Shown piece after piece: positions 16,635 to 32,609 of a stretch of 64,000 nucleotides of DNA (positions are counted from its first letter, which is position 1; every line of letters begins with the position of its first letter). The translations under genes and the position numbers were made by a program. Source of the DNA: the human T2T-CHM13v2.0 reference genome, Homo sapiens; assembly GCA_009914755.4 (NCBI GenBank), contig CP068257.2, positions 32,032,001-32,096,000 of the forward strand. Reading direction: 5' to 3'. Under the pieces are notes generated by a model, which did not search any database, had not been told where the DNA came from, and worked only from the letters and a program-made list of their open reading frames with translations.

Positions 16635-16941
16635 AGAGACGGGGCTTTGCTCTGTCCCCAGCCTGCAGTGCAGTGGTGCAATGACAGCTCACTGCAGCCT
16701 CGACTTCTGGGCACAAGTGATCCTCCTGCCTCTCAGCCTCCCAACTGGGACTGCAGGGAGGCATTGTTTTACATTTACATGCCACCATGCCCGCTAGTTT
16801 TTTTATTTTTCATAGAGATGGGGTTTTGCCACATGTTGCCCAGGCTGATCTTGAACTCCTGGGCTTAAGTGATCCACCCCCATCTCGGCCTCCCAAATTC
16901 TGAGATTACAGAATTTGTAAGCATAAGCCACCACACCCAGC
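16635..16941 (-). mobile_element. Alu SINE (old, strongly diverged, J-like)
   Basis: tagagacggggctttgctctgtccccagcctgcagtgcagtggtgcaatgacagctcactgcagcctcgacttctgggcacaagtgatcctcctgcc...gcataagccaccacacccagcc. Confidence 0.8.
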
Positions 16942-18912
16942 CTATTTGCTTTTTTTTTTTTTAAACTCTTTTTCTCCACAGGTGTAAAGTGTAGTTTTCC
17001 AAACGCTCTATAATATATGATGGTGTAGTCTCTTTGTTGGCTAATGGTCTATGTACTTGTATATGTCTGGATTTTTTTGTTTTTTTTTTACAATTCTCTA
17101 AGGTAAGCTCTTTGTGATCCTCAATAATTTTTAAGTGTATAAAAGAGTCCTGAGGCCAAAAAGTTTGAGAACAAAATGTCTTGGTAAAAAATGTATGTGC
17201 CAATAATGAAAAAGCATATACGAACTACTTGTATTATATATTTTTGAAAACAGAAGGAAAATAAATTGTAAGCCAAATGACTCTTTTGGCTGCTTAGCTT
17301 TTATCATCTTTACTGCTTCAGAGGTTACTAGATTTGGAACCAAAGTGTACTTTTTGGGATGCGGTAGGTTTCTGGTTTTAAAAAAGGATGTCTGGTATTG
17401 ATTAAATCTATAGTTTTGAACTTTCTAATCCAGCAGCTCTGTGGAGTAGGTACTGATACTTGGATTTTATAACCAGGGCACAAAATGGTTAAGTAACTTA
17501 TCTGTGGTCCGACGGCTAGTAAGTGGCAGGTCTGGTGTTTGGATCCATGAAGTCTGTTTCCTGAGTCTGCACTGTTCACAGTATGCGATCTATGTAATAC
17601 CGCTCCTTATGTACATTGTATAATAATAGCTCCCTGGGAATGTATGTGTGAAGTTCCCATTTGGAAGGCTGGCATCGTAGTACTGCACTGATAGTGGTGG
17701 CAGTGATTGTGAGGTGGGTTGGGTTCTGGTGCCTATGGCAGGGGCTCCAGCAAGCAGATGGTTAGAAGACAGATAGGGAGCAAGGATAGGAGGATGGGCT
17801 GCTATAGGGGCCAGACCTCCTGCCCAGGATATTTCTGGTCCAGTTCGAAAGTTGGACCTTTCCTTCCTAGAGATTGGCTCCACTTATGGCTTTATAATAG
17901 GACCTCTTCCCCTTCTGGAGTCCTTTGGAGCAAGATGCATTTTCACAGTTTTCTCCCAACCTCTTTACTTGAGTCTAGCACTTACTGCCTTTGAACTTCT
18001 CTGAGGGTTTTTACTACCAACTAGAAATGAAAGAAAAAGTTGAAGAGGGAGATGGTATTCAAAAGATAAGTGATACAAATTGGAGTCTTTTAGGATTCAT
18101 ATTATTGAAACGCAATTTGTCAACCTCCCTAAGAGGGTCACATCACTGTGGTGTGGGCCCCCCCAAGGCATGTCATCACTGAGGTTAGGATGGGCTCTCT
18201 GCCATGAGGAGTAAGCCAGTGCCTCCAGCTACTGGCTAGAAACAGGGAGTGTTGTCAGGAGATCTGCACTGGGGCTGAAGGACATCCCCGCCTACTTCCC
18301 TTTTGCTCTTCTTACTATCAGTCTTTACTACCGCAGATCCCTTTCTAGGGTCCACGACCTTTGCTGGGGTAAAGTGGGATGCAGGGATGGGGCCTGGGGA
18401 TGCTCTAGGCAGTTTGCATGAAGGAGTGGCTCCATTGGTGTTAAAGATTAGGCCTTCTGATACTTTCTTCTCCACTTGTACTTTGAGTTAAAGGCTCTTA
18501 CCTCAAGAGATTTTCTTTACTCTGTGGCCATATCTGTAACTGTCCTTAACTCTCTGTGCATGGCAGCCCCAAACCTTCCCAGTGGAACAGTGCAAGCTCA
18601 GAGCCTTGCAGGTCAGTGACCCCACACTTGGCACAGGAATTCCAGGGAAAAGTGTGAAAGGGCAGTAGGTGGCTCCTCCGTCCTGCTTCTTTGAAAACCT
18701 CTGACCTAAAAGGTTTTTGAAGCTGAATATTTAAAGAAAATATGTATGAGATTGTAGAGATAGATGCCTAGGCGGCTGAAGGGGATGTGGCAAGTGGATG
18801 GCCTCCCTCAGGGCTCCTTTCCACCTGTGGTGGCCACAGGTTCAAGACTCCTGTCCAAACATTCTGGTTTGTTTATGTGTTCCAGAAACAGACAGAGAAG
18901 AAGGTATTGTAT

Positions 18913-19555
<643 letters not shown>

Positions 19556-19894
19556 CTCATTTAAGTTTTAATATGTTTGTGGGTAGAAAACGTCTTAATT
19601 TTTTTTTTTTAATCTCAGAAAATGACATGTGTTGGTGTTGAGATCTCTCTTGAGTGGCTTCATCATTTGTTCGTATGCCCAATGTAGAACCTTATTCTTT
19701 ATCCTGAATTCCTTCCTCCCCCTTACACCTGATTTAATTGTGCACTATTGATCTGGCTTAGTTCTGGAACTTCTCTCACTCTCACTCAGGTGTTGCCCTA
19801 GACTCATAGGTGCTCTCTCTCCAGCCAGTTTTGACCTCTCCATATCTTTTTCCATTAGAGCAGTAGTTGTCAAACTTTTTGATTAAAACTGAGA

Positions 19895-20195
19895 GGCCAG
19901 GTGCCGTGGCTCATGCCTGTAATACCAACAGTTTGAGAAGCCCAGGTGGTAGGATCACTTGAGCCCAGGACCAGCTTGGACAACATAGTGAGACCTTGCC
20001 TCTACCAAAAAGTAAAAAAATTAGCCAGGGGTGGTGACATGTGCCTGTGGTTCCAGCTATGTGGGAGGCTGAGGTGAAAGCATTGCTTCAGCCCAGGAGT
20101 TGGAGGCTGGATTGAGTCGTGATTATGTCATGACACTCTAGCCTGGATTACAGAGCAAGACACTGTCCCAGAAAACAAAACAAAACAAAATCTGA
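19895..20195 (+). mobile_element. Alu SINE (older J-like)
   Basis: ggccaggtgccgtggctcatgcctgtaataccaacagtttgagaagcccaggtggtaggatcacttgagcccaggaccagcttggacaacatagtgagaccttgcctctacc...ctagcctggattacagagcaagacactgtcccagaaaacaaaacaaaac. Confidence 0.85.
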
Positions 20196-21084
20196 GAAAT
20201 TACTTATTCCCTAATTTATGATTTGGTTATTAACTTATTTAAAATGAAAAATAAACCCATGTAAAGTTAGTATACATAGCTTTTTAATGAAAATCGCTTT
20301 TTTTTTTTCCCAAAACAACAACATAAAATGTAGTCGGAAGAGTGGCCATCGTTCACTTATGTGTTGCAGACCTCCTTAATGTCTGCCTGGATGGAAGAGT
20401 TTCTCATCCAGTGCATACATGCATGAATCATTGCAGCCAGGTCTCAACCCTGTCAGACAACACTCTCTTTTTGTAGTAAGTCTTTGGTAATGCTTCTTTT
20501 ATTCTTAAGAAATGTATTCATCTCAGAATTCAAATGAAAGTAACATACTAACATGATAATAGTTCAGTGTGTCAGTGTTGTCTCAGCTACACTAGGATCA
20601 CATGCTCACTAGGTCAGGTGCACTGAGAATGCAGTGGCTGCAAATGCACACGGTAGAGGTACATTACTTGGTGATTCAAATATCAAGAAGGGCATTAGAT
20701 GTAATGACATGTTCTCTAAAACTGTGAGCAACTTTTGGTAAAATACAAAACAGTCTTTTGATTTATGTGGTAATTATATTCCTAGCAAATTGAATGTGTA
20801 GTGAAACTTGGAAAAAGTCTTTTGTGATTCTGTGTGAAATGGAATTTGGTTTTAGGTTCCGATAATTATACATGGGGTTTTCCCCTACATTACTATCTAG
20901 AGAAACATTCAAAAGTCGTATGGGACAATTCCTCATATGGGACTGTTCTGCACAACCTGTTAAATAAATGCCAGTGGTGCCTCCCAGCGAATGAGACCAC
21001 CAAAAATACCCCACGGATTTTCACACATCCATTAGGGAATGGTACATACCTATTAAGAACACTGATAAGTGGAATCTTGGCTGT

Positions 21085-21370
21085 ATTTTTTTTCTTGTTT
21101 TTTGTTTGTTTGTTTGTTTTGAGACAGAGTTTCAATCTTGTCACCCAGGCTGGATTGCAGTGGTGATCTTGACTCACCGCAACCCCCGCCTCCCGGATTC
21201 AAGTGATTCTTCTGCCTCAGCCTCCGGAGTAGCTGGGATTACAGGCGCCGGCCACCACGCCCGACTAATTTTGTATTTTTAGTAGACACGGGTTTCACCG
21301 CGTTGGTCAGGCTGGTCTTGACCTCCTGACCTCAGTGCTGGGATTACAGGTGTGAGCCGCTGTGCCCGGC
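21085..21370 (-). mobile_element. Alu SINE with internal deletion in the left arm
   Basis: ttttttcttgttttttgtttgtttgtttgttttgagacagagtttcaatcttgtcacccaggctggattgcagtggtgatcttgactcaccgcaacccccgcctcccggattcaagtg...cctgacctcag|tgctgggattacaggtgtgagccgctgtgcccggcc. Confidence 0.88.
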
Positions 21371-21420
21371 CTGTTTTGTTTTTTTAAGTTGGATGATAAT
21401 TTAAAAAATAACTTACAATA

Positions 21421-21636
21421 CAGCCTGACCAACATGGTGAAACCCCATCTCTACTAAAAATACAAAAATTAGCAGGCATGGTGGCGCACGCCTGTAATCC
21501 GAGCTACTCAGGAGGCTGAGGCAGGAGAATTGCTTGAGTGAGGTTGCAGTGAGCTGAGATTGCGCCATTGCACTCCAGTCTGGGCGACAAAGCGAGACTC
21601 CGTCTCAAATAAATAAATAAATAAATAAATAACTTA
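21421..21636 (+). mobile_element. Alu SINE, 5'-truncated, with (AAAT)n tail and TSD aataacttacaata
   Basis: cagcctgaccaacatggtgaaaccccatctctactaaaaatacaaaaattagcaggcatggtggcgcacgcctgtaatccgagctactcaggaggctgaggcaggag...gcgagactccgtctcaaataaataaataaataaataaat; 14-bp direct repeat flanks. Confidence 0.88.
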
Positions 21637-21776
21637 CAATAATAATTACTTGAATCTCACCGTTAATCAGTGTTAATATTTTGTTGTATATCCATCTTGT
21701 CCTTTTTTGTACATTTGTAGTTTTTTTCCATTCAAAAATGGGATCATTTAAAAATTTAAAAAGAGTCGATGTCTTG

Positions 21777-22045
21777 GCTGGGCACAGTGACTCAACGCCT
21801 GTAATTCCCAGCACTTTGGGAGGCCGAGGTGGGCAGATCACCTGAGGTTGGGAGTTCAAGACCAGCCTGACCAACATGGAGAAACTCCGTCTCTACTAAA
21901 AATACAAAATTAGCCAGCGTGGTGGTGCATGCCTGTAATCCCAGCTACTCGGGAGGCTGAGGCAGGAGAATCGCTTGAACCTGGGAGACGGAGGTTACGG
22001 TGAGCTGGGCAACAAGAGCGAAACTCTGTCTAAAAAAAAAAAAAG
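21777..22045 (+). mobile_element. Alu SINE (full length) with TSD gatgtcttg
   Basis: ggctgggcacagtgactcaacgcctgtaattcccagcactttgggaggccgaggtgggcagatcacctgaggttgggagttcaagaccagcctgaccaacatggagaaactccgtctctactaaaaatac...ggcaacaagagcgaaactctgtctaaaaaaaaaaaaag. Confidence 0.92.
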
Positions 22046-22149
22046 AATTGATGTCTTGATGCTACTTAATTTTATCTAATTCACGTGTTTTTAAAAATCA
22101 TAACAAAATCAGTTTTATTCTTCATTCTATCATACAATTAGTACAATCT

Positions 22150-23330
<1,181 letters not shown>

Positions 23331-24184
23331 GCCGGTTTGAAGGGGCGAGGACAGAGCGTGGACTTGCGGAAAGTTAGGTGGCCTTGGTGATTTAATCTCT
23401 CAAACCTTCGGTTTTCTTATCTGTAACACGTATTAGAGAAACTGTGTCTTGTCGGAACCTACCCCTCAGTGGGGGTAATCCCAGCTGTTTGTCCTCAGCT
23501 CATTTCTAACTGAACTGCAGGCTTCTCAAGAGCAGCCAGGATGTCACCTTTTCATCACCTAGCACCAGCTCAGGACCTGGCTCATTAATTTATTGAACAA
23601 ATGAATGTGGCAGAAAATTTGCTATTGGTGTTGGACTGTGTTTAAACTTTGTTTCATGTTTATCATGGTTAAACCTCCATCAGAGGTAAACAACTATGTT
23701 AATTATTACATCAAACTTCTGTACATCTTGCCCCAAATGGGATCATTTATTTGTTCAGGATAAAATGTTTTTGAAGTTTTTAGCACACCTGATAGTTGTA
23801 TTTCTTCTAGATTGGGCTTGGATATTGTTATTACTCAGGAATCTGGTTGAATGTTTGATTGTATAACTCTGCCTTTGACATATGTAATTAAATGAGTTTG
23901 TATTTAATGTGTTCCTTGAGGCAGCCAGGTGTATTTACCTCAGAACTGTTGAAGGCTTGCCATGTCTCTAGGACTCATTGGTACCTTTAAGGCATCTCTA
24001 CAGGTATGATTTTCTTTTACTGTGGATTCTTTTTTTCTTTCAAAAGTTTTTCAGCTGTTAGATATTTAGCAGCTCAGTCTGTTTGAATGATTTAATGTGT
24101 TACTATTGAAAATTACTTTGAAATACAATTTGACTGTTTTCAAGAGAGTTTGGATTCTGAAGGCCCACAGTGTATAGGCTGAAA

Positions 24185-24300
24185 CAGTGGTTCTCAAATC
24201 TAGCATGCATTCACTGGATCTGGGACAGGATCCAACAGTTTGCATTTCTAACAAGTTCCCCATTAATGCTGGTGCTGTTGGTGTGGGGACCAGACTTTGA
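24185..24300. mobile_element. Possible short MITE-like non-autonomous DNA transposon (MER-type) with imperfect terminal inverted repeats
   Basis: cagtggttctcaaatctagcatgcattcactggatctgggacaggatccaacagtttgcatttctaacaagttccccattaatgctggtgctgttggtgtggggaccagactttgagaactattg; the ends cagtggttctcaaa and tttgagaactattg are inverted relative to each other, and the internal gcatttctaacaagttccc...gatgctg motif recalls a common human MER family. Confidence 0.45.
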
Positions 24301-25095
24301 GAACTATTGGGCTAAAGTGTGGAAGACAATTAAAAATAATAATATGGAGGGGAAATGGGGCCCAGTGTGTTTGGGAACAGGATCCCTTTGTGCTCTCCAC
24401 AGACAATAGAGCAGTAAAGAAAAACTGGTTTTGGCACCTGAAAAGAAGGAAAATAGACATAAACTTTAGAAAATACTGTTTGATAGTTGCAGTGGTCCTT
24501 AAAATTAAGATAGGAGAAGAGATTTGGAAATAATTTAATTTTAAAAAGTTTATTTTACCTTTTTTATTATAGGAGTAATGCATGTTCATAATGGAAAGTG
24601 TCATAAATACAGAAACATTTCTATTCTAAAAGAGAGGAAAAATTTCCCCAAAGTATCTTCTGACATTTTTGGCAATGTCCATTCAGTATCTCTTTTATGT
24701 GTAGGACTTTTGTTTTTGTTTTGCCATGAAATAAAGTTTTTATTGTCAAAATAATATATGCTCATTATAATGAAAGAAAAAGAAAGATCATAAAGGACAC
24801 TCACTCTTTCCAGAAACAATACTGATAACATACTGAAGTTTATTATTTGGTATCTCTTCATGTGAATATATCCATTTATGTGAATTACCTTGACCATATG
24901 GTTTTATAACCTAATTTTTTCAGTCACTATCTTTTCATATCATTAGATGTAATTCTGAAGCATCTTTTTTAGGCGCAGAGTATCTTACTCTGAAAAACTT
25001 TGTTGTAGCTGATGCTCTTCATCCACTGGCCCCTCCCATTTCTCATTTCTCTACTAGGAATTTGTAGGTCAAAGAGCATGTAAAAATCTTGATAT

Positions 25096-25455
<360 letters not shown>

Positions 25456-25842
25456 TCACTAGTAGCTGTGTGCCTGTACCCAGACCCCAAGTCTATGCTC
25501 ATTGCCGGTTTAATAATTGCCAGCCTGATAGGTGAAAATAGTATCTTTTCATTCACTTCTTTTACTGATAAGAAGCTTAACACTTTTCTTCATGTGTCAG
25601 TTGGTCGTTTAAATTTCTTTTGAATTTCTGCTCTTGTCCTTGTCACATTTTCTTTTGGGGTTAATCTTTTTTCTTGATTTATATGAACTCTTCATACTTA
25701 GGGACATTAATTCCTTACATCATATGCTTCAGATATTTGTTTCCAAAATTTCATTTGCTTTTAAAACTAACTTGTGGAATTTTTTTTCTTTCATAGAAGT
25801 GTTTTAAGTGTTTCATAGAAGTGCCATCCACTATGATTTTCC

Positions 25843-26097
<255 letters not shown>

Positions 26098-26228
26098 TGA
26101 TTTTCCATTTTTAAGGATTTCTGCTCATGGTGTCAAATGAGAACATCCCCTGTCACTTCAAGATTTTACGAATATTAACCTGCATTTTCTTCTACAACAC
26201 TTTCTCTTTTTTAAAAAACGTTTTTAAA

Positions 26229-26394
<166 letters not shown>

Positions 26395-26591
26395 TAGTTT
26401 GTTTTGATGCAAGCAAATACATTTATTTTAGTGTGGCCAAATGTAATTTACATTTTTAAATATTGAATTATTTTGGTTGCACTGTGCAAACATTAGGCAA
26501 ATTTAGGTATAAAGTTGGAAAAAGCCACTAAGTGTCACACTGTTCTGAGGAGCACTGGGAATTCTGAGAAGGCTTAAAGAGTTTGCCATGG

Positions 26592-26980
26592 TTTTCTGTC
26601 CTTGTGATAGTTTGTTCGGAATGATGGTTTCCAGCTTCATCCATGCCCCTACAAAGGATGTGAACTCATCCTTTTCTATGGCTGCATAGTATTTCATGGT
26701 GTATATGTGCCACATTTTCGACAGAAAACCAAACACTGCATGTTCTCACTCATAGGTGGGAATTGAACAATGAGAACACTTGGACACAGGGTGGGGAACA
26801 TCACACACCGGGACCTGTCGTGAGGTGCGGGGAGGGGGGAGGGATAGCATTAGGAGATAAACCTAATGTAAATGACAAATTAATGGGTGCAGCACACCAA
26901 CATGGCACATGTATACATATGTAACAAAACCTGCACGTTGTGCACATGTACCCTAGAACTTAAAGTATAATTAAAAAAAA
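26592..26980 (+). mobile_element. LINE-1 (L1PA-like) 3'-end insertion with 5' inversion: about 130 bp of antisense L1 joined to about 260 bp of sense 3' UTR plus poly-A; 16-bp TSD aaagagtttgccatgg
   Basis: 26592-26720 ttttctgtccttgtgatagtttgttcggaatgatggtttccagcttcatccatgcccctacaaaggatgtgaactcatccttttctatggctgcatagtatttcatggtgtatatgtgccacattttc is the reverse complement of L1 ORF2-end/3'UTR sequence (...gaaaatgtggcacatatacaccatggaatactatgcagccataaaaa...). 26721-26980 gacagaaaaccaaacactgcatgttctcactcataggtgggaattgaacaatgagaacacttggacacagg...cacatgtaccctagaacttaaagtataattaaaaaaaa is sense L1 3' UTR with poly-A. aaagagtttgccatgg occurs at 26576-26591 and 26978-26993. Confidence 0.8.
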
Positions 26981-27157
26981 AGAGTTTGCCATGGAAGTGG
27001 AGGTCAGGAGAGGGGAGAACTGAGCAAGTATGTGGGTATTTCCAGCTCCTACTTCTCCCAAGAACTGCAGGCTTAGATGGGCAGCTGTCTAGTAGGCAGA
27101 TCTTCTTGGGCATCTAATAATAAGCTGTTCAAAATTAACATAGCCAAAGCAGAATTC

Positions 27158-27455
27158 TTTTTTTTTTTTTTTTAAGACAGAGTCTCACTTATCACCTAGG
27201 CTGGAGTGCAGTGGCATGATCTCGGCTCACTGCAAGCCTCGCCTCCCTGGTTCAAGGGATTTTCTTGCCTCAACCTCCCGAGTACCTGGGATTACAGTTG
27301 TGTGCCACCATGTCCAGCTAATTTTTATATTTTTAGTAGAGACAGGGTTTCGCCCTGTTGGCCAGGCTGGTCCCAAACATCTGGCATCAAGTGATCCACC
27401 CGCCTAGGCCTCCCAAAGTGCTGGGATTACAGACTTGAGCCACCGCACCCAGCCC
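27158..27455 (-). mobile_element. Alu SINE (full length)
   Basis: tttttttttttttttaagacagagtctcacttatcacctaggctggagtgcagtggcatgatctcggctcactgcaagcctcgcctccctggttcaaggg...acttgagccaccgcacccagcc. Confidence 0.9.
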
Positions 27456-27599
27456 AAAACGGAATTCTTGATGCTGTCCCCACCCTAATGCGCACACCCC
27501 AGTCCTTTCTCGTCTTAGTAAATAGCGCTGTCAAACACCCATTTAGGCAGGCCAGAAACTTCAAAGGTGTCTTTGATTCCGCTCTTCCACCACTTTATA

Positions 27600-28330
27600 T
27601 CTACTCCATCATGAAGTCTTGTAGACTTTCTGTCCAGAATATATCCTGAGTCTGACCACTCCTAATCATTTCCACTGTTAAAACATTAGGCCACCACTGT
27701 CTCTCATGTGGGTGTTTATTGTGGTCTTCTGGACATTGTCTTGGTTCCACTTTGTCTCTCCCTGTAATCTGTTTCACATAGTAGCTTCTACAGTGTAAAT
27801 AAGATCATATTATTCCCTTGATTAAAACCTTTCAAAGACTTCCCATTACATTTAAAATAAAATCCAAGCCTTACTATAAAAGATCCACTTGTCTGGCCTC
27901 TGTGCTTCTCCAGTTTCTTCCTTCTGCACTCCCCTTGTCTGCTTTGCGGTAGCCTAACATGTCTCTTTCTATCTCTTGAACAGGTTCTTTTCTTTCGTTG
28001 GGTCTTTATACAGGCTGAACCTCCTCTAGAACTAACTAGAAGCTACCTCTGATGTCTTCTCAGAGAGACTTTCCTTGACTATCCCCAGGCACATGAAGAA
28101 GCCCCACACACCCCCTCTAGTCACCATCTATCTTGTTAACCTTACTTATTTTCTTAAAGTGGGGTTCTGTATGTAAAATGATCTTCTTTATTTGTTTACT
28201 GGTTTATTAGCTGTCTTCCTATTCGAGAATGTAAGCTCCCAGAGGACACTCTGTTTTGTTCACTTCTGAATCCCTAGCACTTAGCCCCGTGCTTGGCCCA
28301 TGACATTTGTGGTAAGTACTAGGTGACCAT
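27600..28330. mobile_element. Ancient mammalian interspersed repeat (unclassified by me; MIR/MER-class family with the ...tgtaagctcc...gagg...cctagcacttagc...ggcc... tail motif)
   Basis: ctattcgagaatgtaagctcccagaggacactctgttttgttcacttctgaatccctagcacttagccccgtgcttggcccatgacatttgtggtaagtactaggtgacc plus upstream ...ctcagagagactttccttgactatccccaggc...ccctctagtcaccatctatc... resembles a very common old repeat (...agactgtaagctccatgagggcagggac...cctagcacctagcacagtgcctggcacatagtaggtgctcaataaat...); name not recalled with confidence. Confidence 0.4.
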
Positions 28331-28490
28331 TTTTGGAACTGTTCCCACCCCACGGCCTGCATTCACACTTTAATCACAGCAGCTCAGCTTTTATATCGTG
28401 AGCTTCAGTGGGAGGTTTTGTTTACAGAAAGTTTTCTTGGTTGACAAAAGCCTGAAGATGATTTTCTTGGAAGATGAGGATTTATTCTAA

Positions 28491-28727
<237 letters not shown>

Positions 28728-29034
28728 GGAAGCAGAGATTTTCTGTCAGTGTTCCATCTACTTCATAATGTATTGTTGATATGGTTCTTGATTTTTTAAC
28801 CTGAAGGCATAAGCATGAAAATAGCATAATGATTTTTCACAGTTCCTGTCCAAGAGTACTTTTTCTTTACATGTTGAATTACCTACCATAGATTGTTTTA
28901 TCCTATAATTAGAAAGATTATGAGATTACATCATCTTATATTTACCCTTAAAGAGTGTTTCCCGAATCATAAGCCAAAGCCTTTGTATAACCTTATTATG
29001 TAAATATTTATGTTTCAGGTGTGTTATTCCCTTT

Positions 29035-29052
29035 GTGTGTGTGTGTATCTAT
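29035..29052. repeat. (TG)n short microsatellite followed by (TA/CA)-rich tract
   Basis: tgtgtgtgtgtgtgtatctatatacatatatatgcat. Confidence 0.7.
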
Positions 29053-29475
29053 ATACATATATATGCATAGTATTTGTGTTCTCTTATTCCTATGACATTG
29101 TAAACGTTCTAGTTGATGATGTCTGTGCTTCCATTGCAACTCTTCACTGCATGGGTACTCTGATGTGTATGGCTTGCTGCTCCCCAGATATTCGTTGACT
29201 TTGTGACATCTGTCCTAGGACAATTTCACTATTTTAGTTTTTGGCTACTCAGTTAATTAGAAATGCATCTCAGTTGTATTTTAAGTTATTGCTTTCTACA
29301 TTTTAATCAGTAAATACAAAGAGATTGCCTTTAGTTTTTGTTATGTGTATTTTCAGGTTATGTTACTGGGAGTACAAAGTTTTACAATTGTTGCTTTCTT
29401 TGTGGATTATAGGTTTTAGGAAAATAAAATTTATCGTATTGACAGTTTTTGCCTTGAAAGGCTTATTAAATTTAG

Positions 29476-29813
<338 letters not shown>

Positions 29814-30085
29814 CATCCTTTTGTTTTTAATCTGTCATTTTATTTTAGGTGCATTTCTAGTTCGCTTGGCCTGCTGTCTTTTTCATAACACTTTATTCCT
29901 ATGTAATAGATATAATGTTCTTTTGCATTTTATTGTTTCTAAAGCAAATATCTTCTAATTAAGAAAAATAACTTCTAGTTAATTTATTTCAAGGGGAAGC
30001 AGTGGGGGTTTTATTCCTCTGGATGTTTGTTGTCTTGTGTCCTGTGGAATATTTTCTTTCTGTTTTTGTTCTTTTCTTTCTCTAA

Positions 30086-30447
<362 letters not shown>

Positions 30448-31258
30448 GGTGCCATACTTTCTGCATTTTTCTTTAAGGAAGGTTCCAAATGTCTGAAGTC
30501 CAGCAAAAGGTCCTGCCCAGACTTTTGGAGAGAAAACACAGCAAAGCAATCAGTAGGTTAATGACTGCATGGTTTCTGGACCAAATTATCCTCATCTACC
30601 ACTTAGAACATTAAGTTGTAAACCAGAGTCAGCACAGCCAGGGTGGAGATTACTTATTTGTATCCCTTGCTCGTAGGTTATTTAATATTCTCTGTTGTGT
30701 CAAAGTTTAGTCGGGTATATTAATTAGTCAGCTTTTGCTAAATTATGTTGTGGTAACAATCTCCAAATCTCAGTAGTTTACGACAACAAAACTTTGTTTC
30801 TCAGTTTAAGGCTCTTTGTGGGCTTCATGCCATGGTAGAACCTCAAAAGTGGCATGTGCCATTTCAACTCATACTTCATTGGCCAAAAGCAAGTCACGTG
30901 GTCATGCAGGGCCTCAGTAAGCAAGAAATATTTACCCGCCCGGGGATGGACAGGTAGGAAAGGGTCTGTTAAGGAAGGGCAGCAAATATTTGGATAACAG
31001 TACTATGTGTTTGTATGGAGCGATATTTAAGAAGGTTTCCTAGGTTTTTTGAGGGGTATTGAAGCTGAGAGGTTGGGGGCAGGCAGGAAGCTCTGCAGCC
31101 TGTAGCCTATGGTATCAAGCTTCATGAGAACGAGAATTAACTAGTTACATCTTTATTACCATTTTTGGCATCTCTGCAGACAGTGGATCTAATGCATGAT
31201 AGCTGATTAATAAATGTTTGTTGAATTAATGAACAAAATAGCAAGAAAGTAACGTATT

Positions 31259-31375
31259 CTGAGGCAGGAGAATTGCTTGAACCAGGAGGCAGAGGTTGCA
31301 GTGAGCTGACATCATGCCATTGCACTCCAGCCTGGGCGACAGAGTGAGACTCCGTCTCAAAAAACAAAAGAAAGT
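31259..31375 (+). mobile_element. Alu SINE 3' fragment (5'-truncated, about 115 bp)
   Basis: ctgaggcaggagaattgcttgaaccaggaggcagaggttgcagtgagctgacatcatgccattgcactccagcctgggcgacagagtgagactccgtctcaaaaaacaaaag. Confidence 0.85.
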
Positions 31376-31401
31376 AAACAGATTATTTTCATGCTATTTG
31401 A

Positions 31402-31767
<366 letters not shown>

Positions 31768-31922
31768 TTGGAACCAGTTTTATAGAGCAGTTCCTACAAT
31801 AGCTCCTTTTATATTTAAAATGAAAAGTGCTTTCTTGGGGGTCATTTTGCCATACCAAAAGATTATGTGCTTAAAAAAAAAACTACATACTAATTACAGA
31901 AAAAATTTTAAATATGCATTAA

Positions 31923-32609
<687 letters not shown>

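Noticed and set aside
17590-17994. Pair of overlapping about 91-97-aa ORFs on opposite strands in unique sequence
   Set aside because: Opposite-strand overlap, proline/serine/glycine-rich low-complexity translation and no recognisable exon boundaries make them likely chance ORFs. I cannot exclude a small exon, but I cannot support one either.
24263-24604. 113-aa minus-strand ORF and overlapping + strand ORFs around 24170-24533
   Set aside because: They are mutually overlapping on both strands in AT-rich unique sequence and have no recognisable domain-like composition, start context or splice-consistent boundaries. They are most likely chance ORFs.
27600-28330. Considered naming this old repeat precisely (MIR3, MER-class, L2 tail)
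   Set aside because: I recognise the motif family (…tgtaagctcc.tgag…cctagcacttagc…ggcacatagtaggtgctcaataaat-like) but cannot reliably recall which Repbase or Dfam name it carries. It is left as an unclassified ancient repeat at low confidence.
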